Virus record (IMG/VR): IMGVR_UViG_3300010885_033832
Span: 31,417 to 95,416 of that record
Direction: 5' to 3' (one strand)
From: a virus
DNA length: 64,000 nucleotides
Below, one piece after another: positions 1-12,000 of this stretch (positions are counted from its first letter, which is position 1; every line of letters starts with the position of its first letter). The notes below the pieces were generated by a model. The model was not told where the DNA came from and made no database searches. It saw only the letters and a list, made by a program, of their open reading frames with translations. Both the position numbers and the translations under genes were made by a program.

Positions 1-3000
1 ATTCTAGTGCCTGCATGATCTCTTCGATTGAGGCGTTGTAGCGGTTAGCCACACCACCAGCAGAGTACTCAAGCGGTACGGACATACGACCCTCAGACAT
101 GGCTTTCCGGTACTGAGCAAGAAGCGCATATCGGTCGAAGATCTCAGCCATAGTATCGGGCGAGAGCTGGCTCTGGCCTGTGGTCGGTGCTTGGCGAGAA
201 CCTGCGCCCTTGCCTGAATCTTCTGGCTTGTCAGCAGAATCTCCGCCCATCAAGAAATCAAAACTCTTGAGGATGTCGAGTACGTCCTCTGAAGCTTTTG
301 GCGCTGGCGTCTCTTCTACTGGCTCGGCTGGAGGCTGCGCGGGCTTGCGCGGTGGACGTGGCTTACGCGGCGCTTTGGGGGGAGTAACTGTCTCAGTGGG
401 CGGAGCCACTTCTGGGGTGTCTGGCGCAACAGGCACCTCTGGAACCTCAGGAACCTCAGGTGCGTCAGCAGGCTCAGCAAAGTACGCGTTGAGCTTATCC
501 AGCTCACCATCAAACAGCGCAGCAAACTGACGACGAACTTCTGGAATAACCACTCCTGCATTCTCTTTAGCTCGGAGTCGCTTGAAGATTAATCCTTCAT
601 AGAGTCCACGCAGGTTAGTTTTACGCTTATACAGCGCCTCAATTGCTGGATCGCCGGTGGGGATCTCGAGAGACGGATTGTTGTTGCGATCAACTAAGAA
701 CTTAGCAAACCCAAGAAGCTGTTCCTCCGAGAACTTCTCCAGAATTGGGAATGGAGCATCCCCGGGAATACGTCGCCAGTCTAGTGAGTTGTCGAAGGGC
801 TCTGGGAGTGCCGGGAAGTCCTGGTAGTGAGTAGAAGTAGAAGTTGGGCTTCTCCACTGCACGCTTGGGTTCTCAAGGTTGATTCCCTCAGGCAGAGCCA
901 TCGTTGCTCGGGACGCCCGTCGTGCGCGGGAGCTGGTGCTGGCAGGTCCTGCGCCTTTCTCCTTGCCCTTTTCCTGCTCTTCGTAGGCTTCTTTGTACTG
1001 TTCAATGAAGAAGTCAGTTGGGTAGGCGGACGTGGTGGTACTCCAGATGTCGTAATCCTCGAGATCCTTTTTATCGATTCCACGTTCTTGGAGAAGATCC
1101 TCTACTGTGGCGGCGATTTCCAGGAGGCGAGCCATGTTACCAATATCCATGGCTTCTTCAGCTCGGGAGAGAGCGACATAGAGCATGTTAGCCTGTTGCA
1201 TAATCTCGTCATCTGAGAGATCACGGAGTTCGCGCTTTGGCTCACCATCTGCGTTCTTTTCAACTTCCCAGAAAGCAAAGACACTGTCACCTACCTTAAC
1301 ATTGGGGGCTTCCAGACCTTTTGCGCCGTGCACGGTCAGCAAGGCCACATCGTAGCCCAGCTCGTCAGTGTAGGGGTCGCCAGATTTAGTTCCATCAATC
1401 AATGCGCTGTACTTTGTACGAGCCGACTTGTCGACAGCGCTCATCTGGAAAACAGTTTGACCCGGACGGATTGTCTCATATTGAGCGTAGGCCACGGCGT
1501 AGAAGAGATCATCGGTAGATTCTTTGTTCTTTGCTCTACCGTCGATAAACTGACCAACTACCTCTTCGCGCGGCTTGGGCGACCCAACAGCCTTGCCGTT
1601 AGACCATAGTGTCAACATATCTTCGCCGTCAGAGCCTTCACTAACAATATATGTGCGAAGACTCTCAATGGTAGGAGTCCCCTCTTCATCAGGGGCTCCC
1701 TCGAGTCCAAAAGTAACAAGGTTTCCCGCTCCCAATGAGTACTTGAAGTCAATTAAGCCGGGTAGATTTTGCTTAAGAGAGGGTTTTTCGTTAGGACTAT
1801 TGGTTCTCTTTTTGTCCTCTTTGCCCAGATTATTTGTGTAAAACTTAGAGAACTCTCCTGGAGTAGGTTTGTCGGCTTTTTCAGCCTCACGATACGTAGA
1901 CTCAAATCCGAGGACATTGAGAGCGTCTTTACTGAGTGGGTTGTGCACCGAAGCATCTGCTTGGTACTTGAGACCACCGTCCAGGATTGATACAGTGACA
2001 ATCTTTGTGCCTTCATTGCGCTCGAAGAGAAGCTCAACAACGCCCTCACCGAGGATTACACTAGGATTGCCAGCTTTGTTAATTTTATCTGGGTCCCGGA
2101 GTACGTTTCCGTCTTCATCACGGAGGGCAAAATTGGTGGAGGTGTAGAACTGCTTGACAATCGGCTTACCACCAGCGGCCCGGAACTCAGCGTCAGTTGG
2201 CATACTGACATCGCCCATCAACTTGTCTTTGTCGAGAGCTTCAATTCTACTGCGGGCTTTGGCTGCTTCTTTGAGCAAGACATTGACTGTATCAGAGCCT
2301 GGGTACACATTTGCAATTCTCATACCCTCGAACTCTTTGTCGGTGGTGTTGAATTTAATTAATTCAAGCTCTTCCCGCAGTCTGTCTGAGATGTTTGGAT
2401 CGGCCAGCAGGTCACGCTTGGAGCGCTCGAGTCGCTGACGGAAGCCTAACAATCCAATGTTCGAACCTGTGATTCTAAGGTTTAACAGCTCGGAAGACTT
2501 TCCCTTTGTAACCGCGTACTTGAATCTGCCGGGAACGAGGGGCTCAAAGTCAAACCCATCACCATCAAGATCAGCCATCCGCTGAGGAATGTTGGGAGTT
2601 ATTAGTCCCTCATACTCTTCGACATAGTCCTTTTGTCCGGAGATCAGGTATGAAGGCTTGGGAGATACAGTCTGACGGATAAGTCGGAGCATTTCTTGAC
2701 GCCGTTCAACTGCCTTGACAACTACATCTTTCTTTATGGTTTTTCCGTCAGAAGATTTTTCTTTTACGGTTTTGGTATCATCCGAAATCATGCCAAATTC
2801 TTCGGCGACTCGGAGGAAGGCAATCACCTTGGAAGACAAGCCAGCACCACCTTTTCGGTACTTATCCATGATAGATTGCTCACCGCTAGTTCCAGGAGCG
2901 TTCAACCGAAGATCGGGGTAGTTTTGGAATACGCCCATTTCATGGTTGGCAAATGCCTCTTTACGAGACCTAGTTGTTGGTCTCATTTGCATCAAACTTA

Positions 3001-6000
3001 GAGCTTCAATGTTTGTGATGAACTCTTCACGTCGGTTGGCGTTGATTGCAACGCGACGTCCAGCAGAGGCATATGTAGGTAGGACACCTAAGAGTGCGGT
3101 GTTAGTGGCTTCGATGTGCATGTCAACTTGTTCAGTTGGCATAGAAGTGCCGCCAGCGCGCTTGATAGCCGCTTGAATTTCAGGAGTCATCTTTTTCAAA
3201 ACTTCGGGGGGAAGAATTCTAGAGAAGATTTTTCCCTTGGGTGCTTCGTCTGACTTGCCAGAGGTAGTACGAAGCGGCTCACCCATCAACCACAGTGGGA
3301 CGTTCGCCACATCAACGAGTGCCTGGGGGGAGCGGTATGTTTTGGTAAGACCATTCTTGACGTCAGCGACGCTATCTGCTTGATCGTAGAACTTGAACAT
3401 CTGGTTGACAGCACCACGGAACGCGTACAGAGCTTGTCGGTTGTCACCGACTACAACCACTTGCACAGCTAGCCCATCTTCGTTCGGCATAGCAAGCTGG
3501 TTTACTAGGTCGATTTGTGCAGCGTTAAGGTCCTGAGCTTCATCAACAAACAGAGTGTCTGCTGTGGAACCTCCAGGGACTTTTTTCACAACATTGGCAA
3601 GGCCCGATAACTGCCAAATCTTTGACAACATAGAGTTAGTGACTGGAAGCGGGGAGAAGGGCTGTCCATCGATAGCGCTAAACGCCAGCTTATTCTTGAT
3701 GGTGATAGGGACCGTTATATTTTCGTCCCACATCCTCTGTGCAATTTTGACATAGTCCCATGCAAGCGCCTCATCTTTAAGAACCTTTTTTCTTAGAGCT
3801 GAGCTCATGTGTGGGAGCAGGTGATCTAGTGTTATTTTTCTATCTGCTGTAGACGCAAATCCATTCGCAATACCGCTCATGAGGTCGCTAAAAATAATAT
3901 CAGAAGTTATTTTGTCATCTTTACTGATTACTACTTCTTCAATACCGTAAAGCTCGGTGGCCTCATAAGCAGACATAAATGAGGTGCTATCTAGTTTGGC
4001 GGACCTTCCGTCTTTGGCTCCCATCGACAAGTCGAGCTTGGCGTTGAGAGTGGCTCGTTTTGTTGCTTTGAGGTCAGAGTCAACGTAGGTTGTGTTGGGG
4101 TCGTCGAGTGTCATTTCTACCCCGAAGAAACCCAAGCTGTCCAAGGTTCGAGCCTGTACGTTGGCTCCAAATCGAGCAGCGGCTTCCTCGGCAGTGCTAC
4201 GGTTGAACGCGGCCAAGAGTATCTTGTGTTCGGGGAACATATCGGACAACAGTTTGAGCGTACTGGTTTTTCCGGTACCAGCGCGGGCGACAATCACCAT
4301 ACTCTGGTTCTGACCAAAGTCGTTGATGATCTTCAGCTGTTGCTCACTGGGGGTAATACCAGTCTGTTGGTAGACCTGCTCAGCGGTATACGTCCGGGCC
4401 TTGTAGCCACCCACTTTTCCTCGACGAATCTTGGAGAAGTTGTCAGGCTCGCCAGACTTGCTCACACGCGAGGCGGCCCCAGTACCAGTTGAATTTTGCT
4501 GATCCGACAGGGCGTCGCGGAGGCTTTGCTTCTTATCGGAGATGAAGATCATGCCAGAGTCAATCTCGGAAATGAGCGCACTCTTTTGGGCATCGCTAAT
4601 CGGGTCTTCTTCGGTGAGATCGGTTTCAGGGGAGACACGGTACCACTGGCCGTCTTCACCCTTGGCGTAGGTGTCCAAGGAGACCTGACGAGCGCCCTTA
4701 GTTGACTCTCCATCTGCGCCTGCGATTACGTCGCGGGAAATACGAGCACCTGTTGGAGCCACATCGAAGATGTCCGCCGACGTTACGCGGGTACGAGAAG
4801 CAGACTGGTTACGGTCCTGAGAAGTGACCGGACGCTCAGAGTTGGTAAGGCTCGGAGTGAAAGGAGCGCGCGAACCGCTAATCTCAGACTGACCGTCGGC
4901 TGCATCAAGAGCGTCAAACACCTCAGACGATGAATACGAACGCGTGTTGTCGGAGACTCCAGCATCGTCAGCCGCGTACCACAGTCCGTCGGATCCCCGG
5001 ACAAAGTTGTCTACTCCGTTGGATACTATATCTCCAGCAGTTGCTGAGTTGAGATCGTCAACGGTAGAGATAGACATATCAATCTCATCGGGCAGCGCTG
5101 CACCAGCGCCCTTACCTTCTTCAGCATCTTCTTGTTTAGGTGCTCGTCCTCGGTCAGGACGGCGGCCCGATGCTTCGGTAAAGGCAGCGATGACACGCTG
5201 GACGGTTTCTTGTCGTTCTTGCGCCTTAGCAATTCGCTCGCTGTACCCATTGAGGATTTCGCGCTGTTCGTCCGTCAGGTACTGCTCGTCAGGGTTGTCA
5301 AGCGAGTTGGCGTATTCGCTCTTCTCGTTGTTTAGTTCCCCGAGAAGTTCTTGGTACTCACGCCACTTACGGAGTGCCTGTTTGCGTCGACGAGCAAACT
5401 CCTCAATGGGGATACTGAGGAAGTCGCGGTAGTTAGTCGACTCTGTGTAATCTTCTTCGTCCTCGCTAGCAGCAGAAGGCCTCGATCCGTCGCCATCACT
5501 CGGCTCGGGCTCTGGTTTGCTTGGCTCGCTGGGTAGGGCACCCGGACCCTTGGGTGGTGGGTTACCTTCAAGAGGGAGGAATGGACCAGACGGTCCTCGG
5601 CCATCAGGCTGTCCGTCTTGAGAGTCGCTTTTACCCTTCTTTCCCAACTCAATGAGTGGGATAAGTCCGCCAAAGAATTCGATGTGCTTGATGTAACCAA
5701 CCATGTCGTTTTCGTCGTACATCTTGCGAATCTGGACAGAGCGCTTATACGCCCAACGATCCCAGAGTGCCCGCTCATTGGGGTCCAGTCGCTGAAGGAA
5801 CTTGTACGAGTCAGTGACAAAGTCTGAACGCTCTTTTTCGGCGCGCTGAAAGTTAGCGAAAGCTGCGGCTTTTTCAGAGGCAGAAGCATCGGGATTTTTC
5901 TGAGCTTCGCGCGCATCAAAGTAAGCACGGCGGACACGATCTTCAAGGTAGTCGATGTTTGAGATGATGTCGTCGACCTTGAGAGGCATGAACTTGGTAT

Positions 6001-9000
6001 CTTTGAATGCCTGCCATGCATTGAATACGGCTCGGGGATCGGCCCCGACCGGACCATCAGCAAAGCGATCTGCTGTAGGGGAGTAGGGGGCTCCTTCGTC
6101 GTTGACGTAGTCCCCACTCTTCATCTCTTCGTTGATGCGGTCGTCGAGATCCTTAATGGATATGTTAAGTTTTCGCTCTTCAGCAGCAATCTGGTTCTCA
6201 AGGATGGTGATACGCCCACGCCAGAAGTTGAAGTCGCGAAGCAGCTCAGTGCGGCTAATGATGCCCATTTGATCAGCGTTCTCGATCATCTTACGCACAC
6301 GGTTGTATTCGCGGTGAGCATCTTCGAGGCGACGCTGAATATCGATTAGCTTGCGGACACGCTTGTCTTGGAAGATTGGAGCGTTAAAGTCGGTACGCGA
6401 GTTGATGGGTAGTTCTTCTTCTACCAACTCAGGGTATTCATCCCACCAATTTTTCTTACCTCGGGGCTCCTTGTCGCGTGGACGTCGACCGCCACCGCCA
6501 CCGCCGCCTCCGGATCCCCCACCACCGCCGGGTCCGCCCGGACCACCAGGAGGGGGAGTCTTACCGCCAGGCTTGGCTCCTTCGCCTTGACCAGTGCCAG
6601 GTTGTTCGCCTCCTTGACCGGATTCTCCGCCTTCTTCTGGTTCAGGGTCAGGTTCAGTGTAGTCTTTTCCGTTGATAACGCCAGCCAAAAGTTTGCGACG
6701 GCGCATTATTTCTTCGATGCGACGTTTTTTCTCAGCCATCGACAGACGAGCGTCCTTGAGGCGATCCATCTCAACACCGTAGTCGTTGTAGAGGCCACGC
6801 AGAGCATCTTTTTGATTGTCGTTTAAGTTCTGGCCCAAATCCGTAAGGTCTTGATTAACTCCATCAACAAAATCAGCGTAGTTTTCAGCGTTAAGGAAGA
6901 ACTTTCTGGGTTGATCTACACCCCTATCGTCCTTTTCAGTGCCGTAAACAACCTCAACTTCACCAATCTCTTCGATGTCGTTCAGGATTTGCGTAAATGA
7001 CTCATACGCATTGAGAGCGTCCTTGAAACGCTTAATAGTTTCTTTAGCTTCGGCCTTTTCGTCTTTGTCCTGGTCCTTATCCTTATCCTGCCCAGCACCA
7101 GTATCACGCTGGCCCTGACCGCCAGAAGTGGGGGGAACTTCTTCCTCGGCACCGTCAGGAATACCGGCGTCCTGGTTGATAAACATCTGACCAGTGCCCT
7201 CCATGCGTTTGAGCTTGGAGGGGTCATAACGACGCTTCTGGATGTCGATTAGATCGGCTGCGGTATAGCTTTCAGGGAAGAATTTTCCAGTTGCTGGGTT
7301 GAGTCGTCGCCACGACGTAGTTCCGTCTTCTCGAACTTGGTAGAACTCAAAGATGTTCTTTTTGGTTTCGTCGTCCTCGTACCGAATAACTACACGCGAT
7401 CCCCGAGGAACTCCGGTTACATCTGCAATTCCCGTAACAGGGGTGAGGTTTTCTTCGTCGGTGGTGGTTGTGGTTTCATCGTCTTCGTCGCCGGGACCCT
7501 GCAGGTTGATATAGCCGTTTTCAGTCTTGGCAAAAAGCTCTTCGCTAGAGAGTCCTACAGCGTCTTCGCCGTCGGCCACATTAAACCAAAGACCGTCTCT
7601 CTTGGTGTAGAACTCGTCGTCAAGCTCAGGGTCGTTAATGCGGAAGTCAGCTTCTGCGCCCTCGACGGAGTCATTAAGTTGGTCGACACTATCAACTTCG
7701 TCGCCCAGAAAAAGCGTAATGTTGTCGTCAGTAAGTTCAGAGATAAGATCAAAAATTTCTTGGCTATCAGGAGTATCTCCAACGAGTTGTTCAATATCCT
7801 TGAGATACCCTCGGAGATCATCGCGATCTTGACGGTTTGATAGATCATCCAGACCTTCAATAGTGCTGTTGAAGTCGTCAATGAGCGAGAGTACTGCATC
7901 ACCGTCTTCTTCACCGAGCAATGCCTTGAGGCGCTCGCGTTTGAGCTTGCGAGCAATCTCTTCGTCGGAATCTTCCGTGGTGGTAGCGGTGCTGGCAGCC
8001 TTGAGCTTTTTGATGGCTGCTTCGTGAATACGAGCCAGCTTTTCAAAATTAGCTTTGTTCTCGAGGTTGTCGTCAAAACGTCCCGAATCGATGGCGGCCC
8101 TGATTTGGTCGAGTTTTGCTTGGAGAGCTTCGACGTCGTTGTTCATTTCCGCAATGAGATCGTCGACATCCTTATCGCTGAAAGCATTGGGGTCGACTTC
8201 TTCTTCGATACCGAGGAGTTTGTTGACCTGCTTCTTGATGTCTGAAAGTGCTTCTTGAGCAAGCTCCTGCACTTCAGGGTCGTCGTCAAAATCTCGCATT
8301 CGAGTTTCAACAGCCTCAACCAAAGTGTTCAGCGCCTCAATAAGGCTTTGGCGGTCTTCGTCAGAAATTTCATCCAGCTCGTCGACGTAGTCGAATAGGT
8401 CTTTCACATCACTCAACGCTGAGTCAACGTCTGGGTCTAGCAACGAGTTCTTTAGGTCATTGTATGGATCACCCGTTGAGCTGACCGCTGTCTCTTCTTC
8501 GGAGAGGTCCGCCACCTTTGAGTTGATATATCCGTTGTATACCTCGGTCGGGATAGCGACGTTGTCTTCCCGAGACTTGTTGATGGCAAAGTCAATGTCA
8601 TCGCGGTACTTGGTCAACTCGTCAACACGGTCGGGAGACAGGCTCAACTGTCCGTTGGCGTTGCGATTCAGAATGTCGTCAACTAGTTTGCGTCGCTTCT
8701 CGAGATTCTGGACATACGCTTTATTGGTCGGAGAATCAAATCCGCTAGGGGTTTTGGCGCGATCGATGGCGGCTGCCAAAAGCTTCATAACAAGTTCTGC
8801 TCGAGCTTTGCGCTCTAGAGTGTCATTGAAGACTCCATCATCGTAGTCCTTCTTGACTGCGTCATAGTCAGCCTGCATCTCATCAATAGAATTGTTGTAC
8901 TTATCAAGAATTTCTTGGATGTCATCGTCAGAAACAGCAGTAGACGTTGGTGTAGCCGGGACTGCTGGGGCTGCAGGAGCCTTTGTCGTACGAGCGGCTT

Positions 9001-12000
9001 TTTTGGCTGCATCAATTTTATCTTGCTCAACTTTGAGAGCTTGGAATGCTTCAGAGGAGAGTTTGACACCCTTATCGTTGCGGGGGAACTCTCCCTTGTA
9101 CAGGTTTGAAATGCTACCTTGATCTAGGGCAGCAGCAAGATCCTCGCCACTAGCAATTCCAGTGTCTGGGTTGTTAGCGTCGTACCAGTACCCGTCGTCG
9201 CCTCGAACTACTTCTTGGAACTTTCCGCCTCTTCGGTTGAAGAATACTCGGTCTCCGGTTTTACCATTGAGAAGGAATGCCTTTGTCGCACGCGTGAGTA
9301 CGTTGGCCTGTGGCTTAGGGGTTGCAGGAGCTGCAGGTGCTTTGGCCTCAGGCAAAGTCTCAACTGTATAAGTACGCTCCTTGAGGAACTCTGCTACTTG
9401 CTCTTCGGACGGCACAACCATGCCGTTCCAGACATTCTTTGTATTCTTCTTGAGTAGCTGTGCGCCGTTGACCTTGCCGTCTGGACCAACAGTGAGTCGC
9501 ATGGCCTGCTTGCGACCTGACTGAGGTGTGAAAATAACTGTGTTGAGTGGCAGAGTCTTGAGCTCATCAAGCGTCGTTACTTGATCCCCTACTTTGAGGG
9601 GTGCAATCTCCGGCTTGGCTGGGCCGACACGTTCGACGGTTGACTCTCGTTGGCCAAGCTGGTAGGTGATGTCCTTGTCTGAGGGGAGCACTGCTTGTTC
9701 GAGCCACTGGCCACTGTTAGTCTGTAGCTCTCCCTTAGAGACGAGGTTGTTAGGGTCATTGCTGTCACTACGCGTGTAGCGGAATGGAAGATTAGTTCCC
9801 TGTCGCAGAATGATGGTGGACCCGGCAGGAAGGTTCTTAAAATCTTTAATGGTGGCAACATTATCGCCGACCTTAGGGGTTGCAGGAGTCGCAGGAGTTT
9901 GAGCCTGCTGACGAGCTTTTAGCCAATCTCTGAGGGCCTCTGTCTTTTTTATGTACGGCTTAACTCCGTCTGTCCAACCCCAGTCCATGTCCACATCAGA
10001 GGCGTCTAAATCCTTGGTTAGTTTCTTAGCTTCGAGGAACTTGCGATTTCCTTGAATGACGAGTCCCGTGGGGATGTGATATATAACAGATTCCCCTGGA
10101 CGTCCACCAACAACACCAAGAAGACCGCTCGGAGAGATGTCTTTCTTCTTAATAACAGCAACCCCTAGGCGGAGAGATTGTCCATTTGGACCGAATTTTT
10201 CGATCTCAATGTCGCCGTTTTCTAGACGAGTAACACGGGTTGTTCCCCCATCCTCGCCGTAGGGAACAAATCGCTCTGCGGCAGTCTTTACGTCGGCAGG
10301 GGTTGCAGAAGTTGCAGGAGTTGCAGGAGTTGCAGTCTTTGCTACAGGATCCTTGAGCAATTTTTCTGGAACAACAGACTTAGCCCGGGGAGCCCCCTTG
10401 ACGGGGAGCTTGTCCGTACCCTTGACATACCTCTTGAGCAGAGTGGGCCAGACCTCAAAAGTGTAGTGAGACTGAAGTGCGGCAATCGCGTTCTGAACGT
10501 GGGTCTGGTCTGCATCTGGGCGACCCTTCCACTCATTGATTTTGTCGACAGCCTTGTAGTACTCGGCCATGTCTGGGTCAATCTCTGCCAATTTACGCAG
10601 GAATTCGACGCCAGCTGTTTTATCTTTTTGTTCCTTGGCAGCGGCAGCGCGAGCGTCCCAAAGCTTTTGCCCAAACTCAACCTTTTCGTCGTAGGACATG
10701 TTTGAGGTGTCTACGGAGAGGAGTTCGTCGGTAGCAGTGTCTGCGTCTGTCGCGGCAATCTCTTCCTCGACGATGAAAGCGTCATAAACTTCCTTGCTAA
10801 CCTCTACCTCGTGGTCTTCAGGGTCGGTTGCGGATGTTCTTTCATCTATACGAACAAAATACTTGTTAGTGTCCGGGTCAAATCTCTTAGCGTAGCCACC
10901 CTCTTTGAGAAGTTGTTCGAGTGTTAGAGCCTTACCGCTGGCTCGTCTCTCCGCTATGTTTGTGTTTAGGCGGCGAGCCAGACCAGGAGTAGCGTCAACT
11001 ATAGCTTGATCAAAAGAGCCATACTTTTTGAGATCAGGAACAGTGGCGTCGCGGGACACCAAATCAAAATCTTTAATCTCAGTAGGATTTTCGTACTTTC
11101 GTTCAAGATCTTTTCTGGGGTTATCCGTGGCAAAGGTAATAATGACGCCTCGTCGTTCGTTGTCACGTCCAATCCCAGACCAAGTGACCCCAGTTGAGAT
11201 GGATCGAACAGTTACGGGTTTTCCGTCAACTGTAACCACATCTCCAGCGCGAAGTTCTGAGAAGGGGAGCTTCTTAGGTGCATTAGTGTCGGCTGCAGGA
11301 ATCGTGGCAACGGGGGTGGATTTTACATCTTTCTTAAACTTAACCTGTTCGAAGAGATCGTCGCTTCTAAAATCATCAAGGAGCATGTCCTGCAACTCTT
11401 CGTCGTCAAGACCAAGTGCAGTAATCTCGGCGTCAGCCGCGTCCAGAAGATTGAATGCCTCTTCGCGCGTGAGGTCTTGGTTGTCCTTGGAAAGTGCGGC
11501 CTGCTGATTGATCTTGGCTTCGAGGGCTTTGAAGGCGTCGGTCTTTCGGAGGGCGAGGAGTTTGGTGGCGTCTTCATCTGAAAGCTCACGTCCGGTGACG
11601 GATTTGAAGTGCTCTTTGATCTTGGGGCGTGAGAGGTCTTTACTATCGACGTTGAAGTGCTTCTTGAAAGCGTCTTTGTAGGACTTTTGGAAGTTGTTGA
11701 CGTCGGCAATGAGGCTATCGTCGCGACCAGGAGTCTCGACGTCGGTAATATCCTCAGCGGTGACTGGGGTACCCTCTTTTACAGGAGGAACATCAGGAAC
11801 GTCTTTGCCGTAAACATCTTCGAAAGACTCAGCTGGCTTGTCGCCGTTCAGTGTGGCATAAAGCTCTTTTGCCTTTTTACCTTGACTGCGCTTGACAAGA
11901 CCCTCAATGATACTACTTACGGTCTTCTTGACGCGGTTATCGTATTCTTCTTTAGTCTCTCCTGGGCGCGCCCTGAGGTTGAATTTAGCACTAGTCGCTA

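Noticed and set aside
6480-6600. CCG/CCA-rich repeat
   Set aside because: Encodes a Gly/Pro linker in the giant protein
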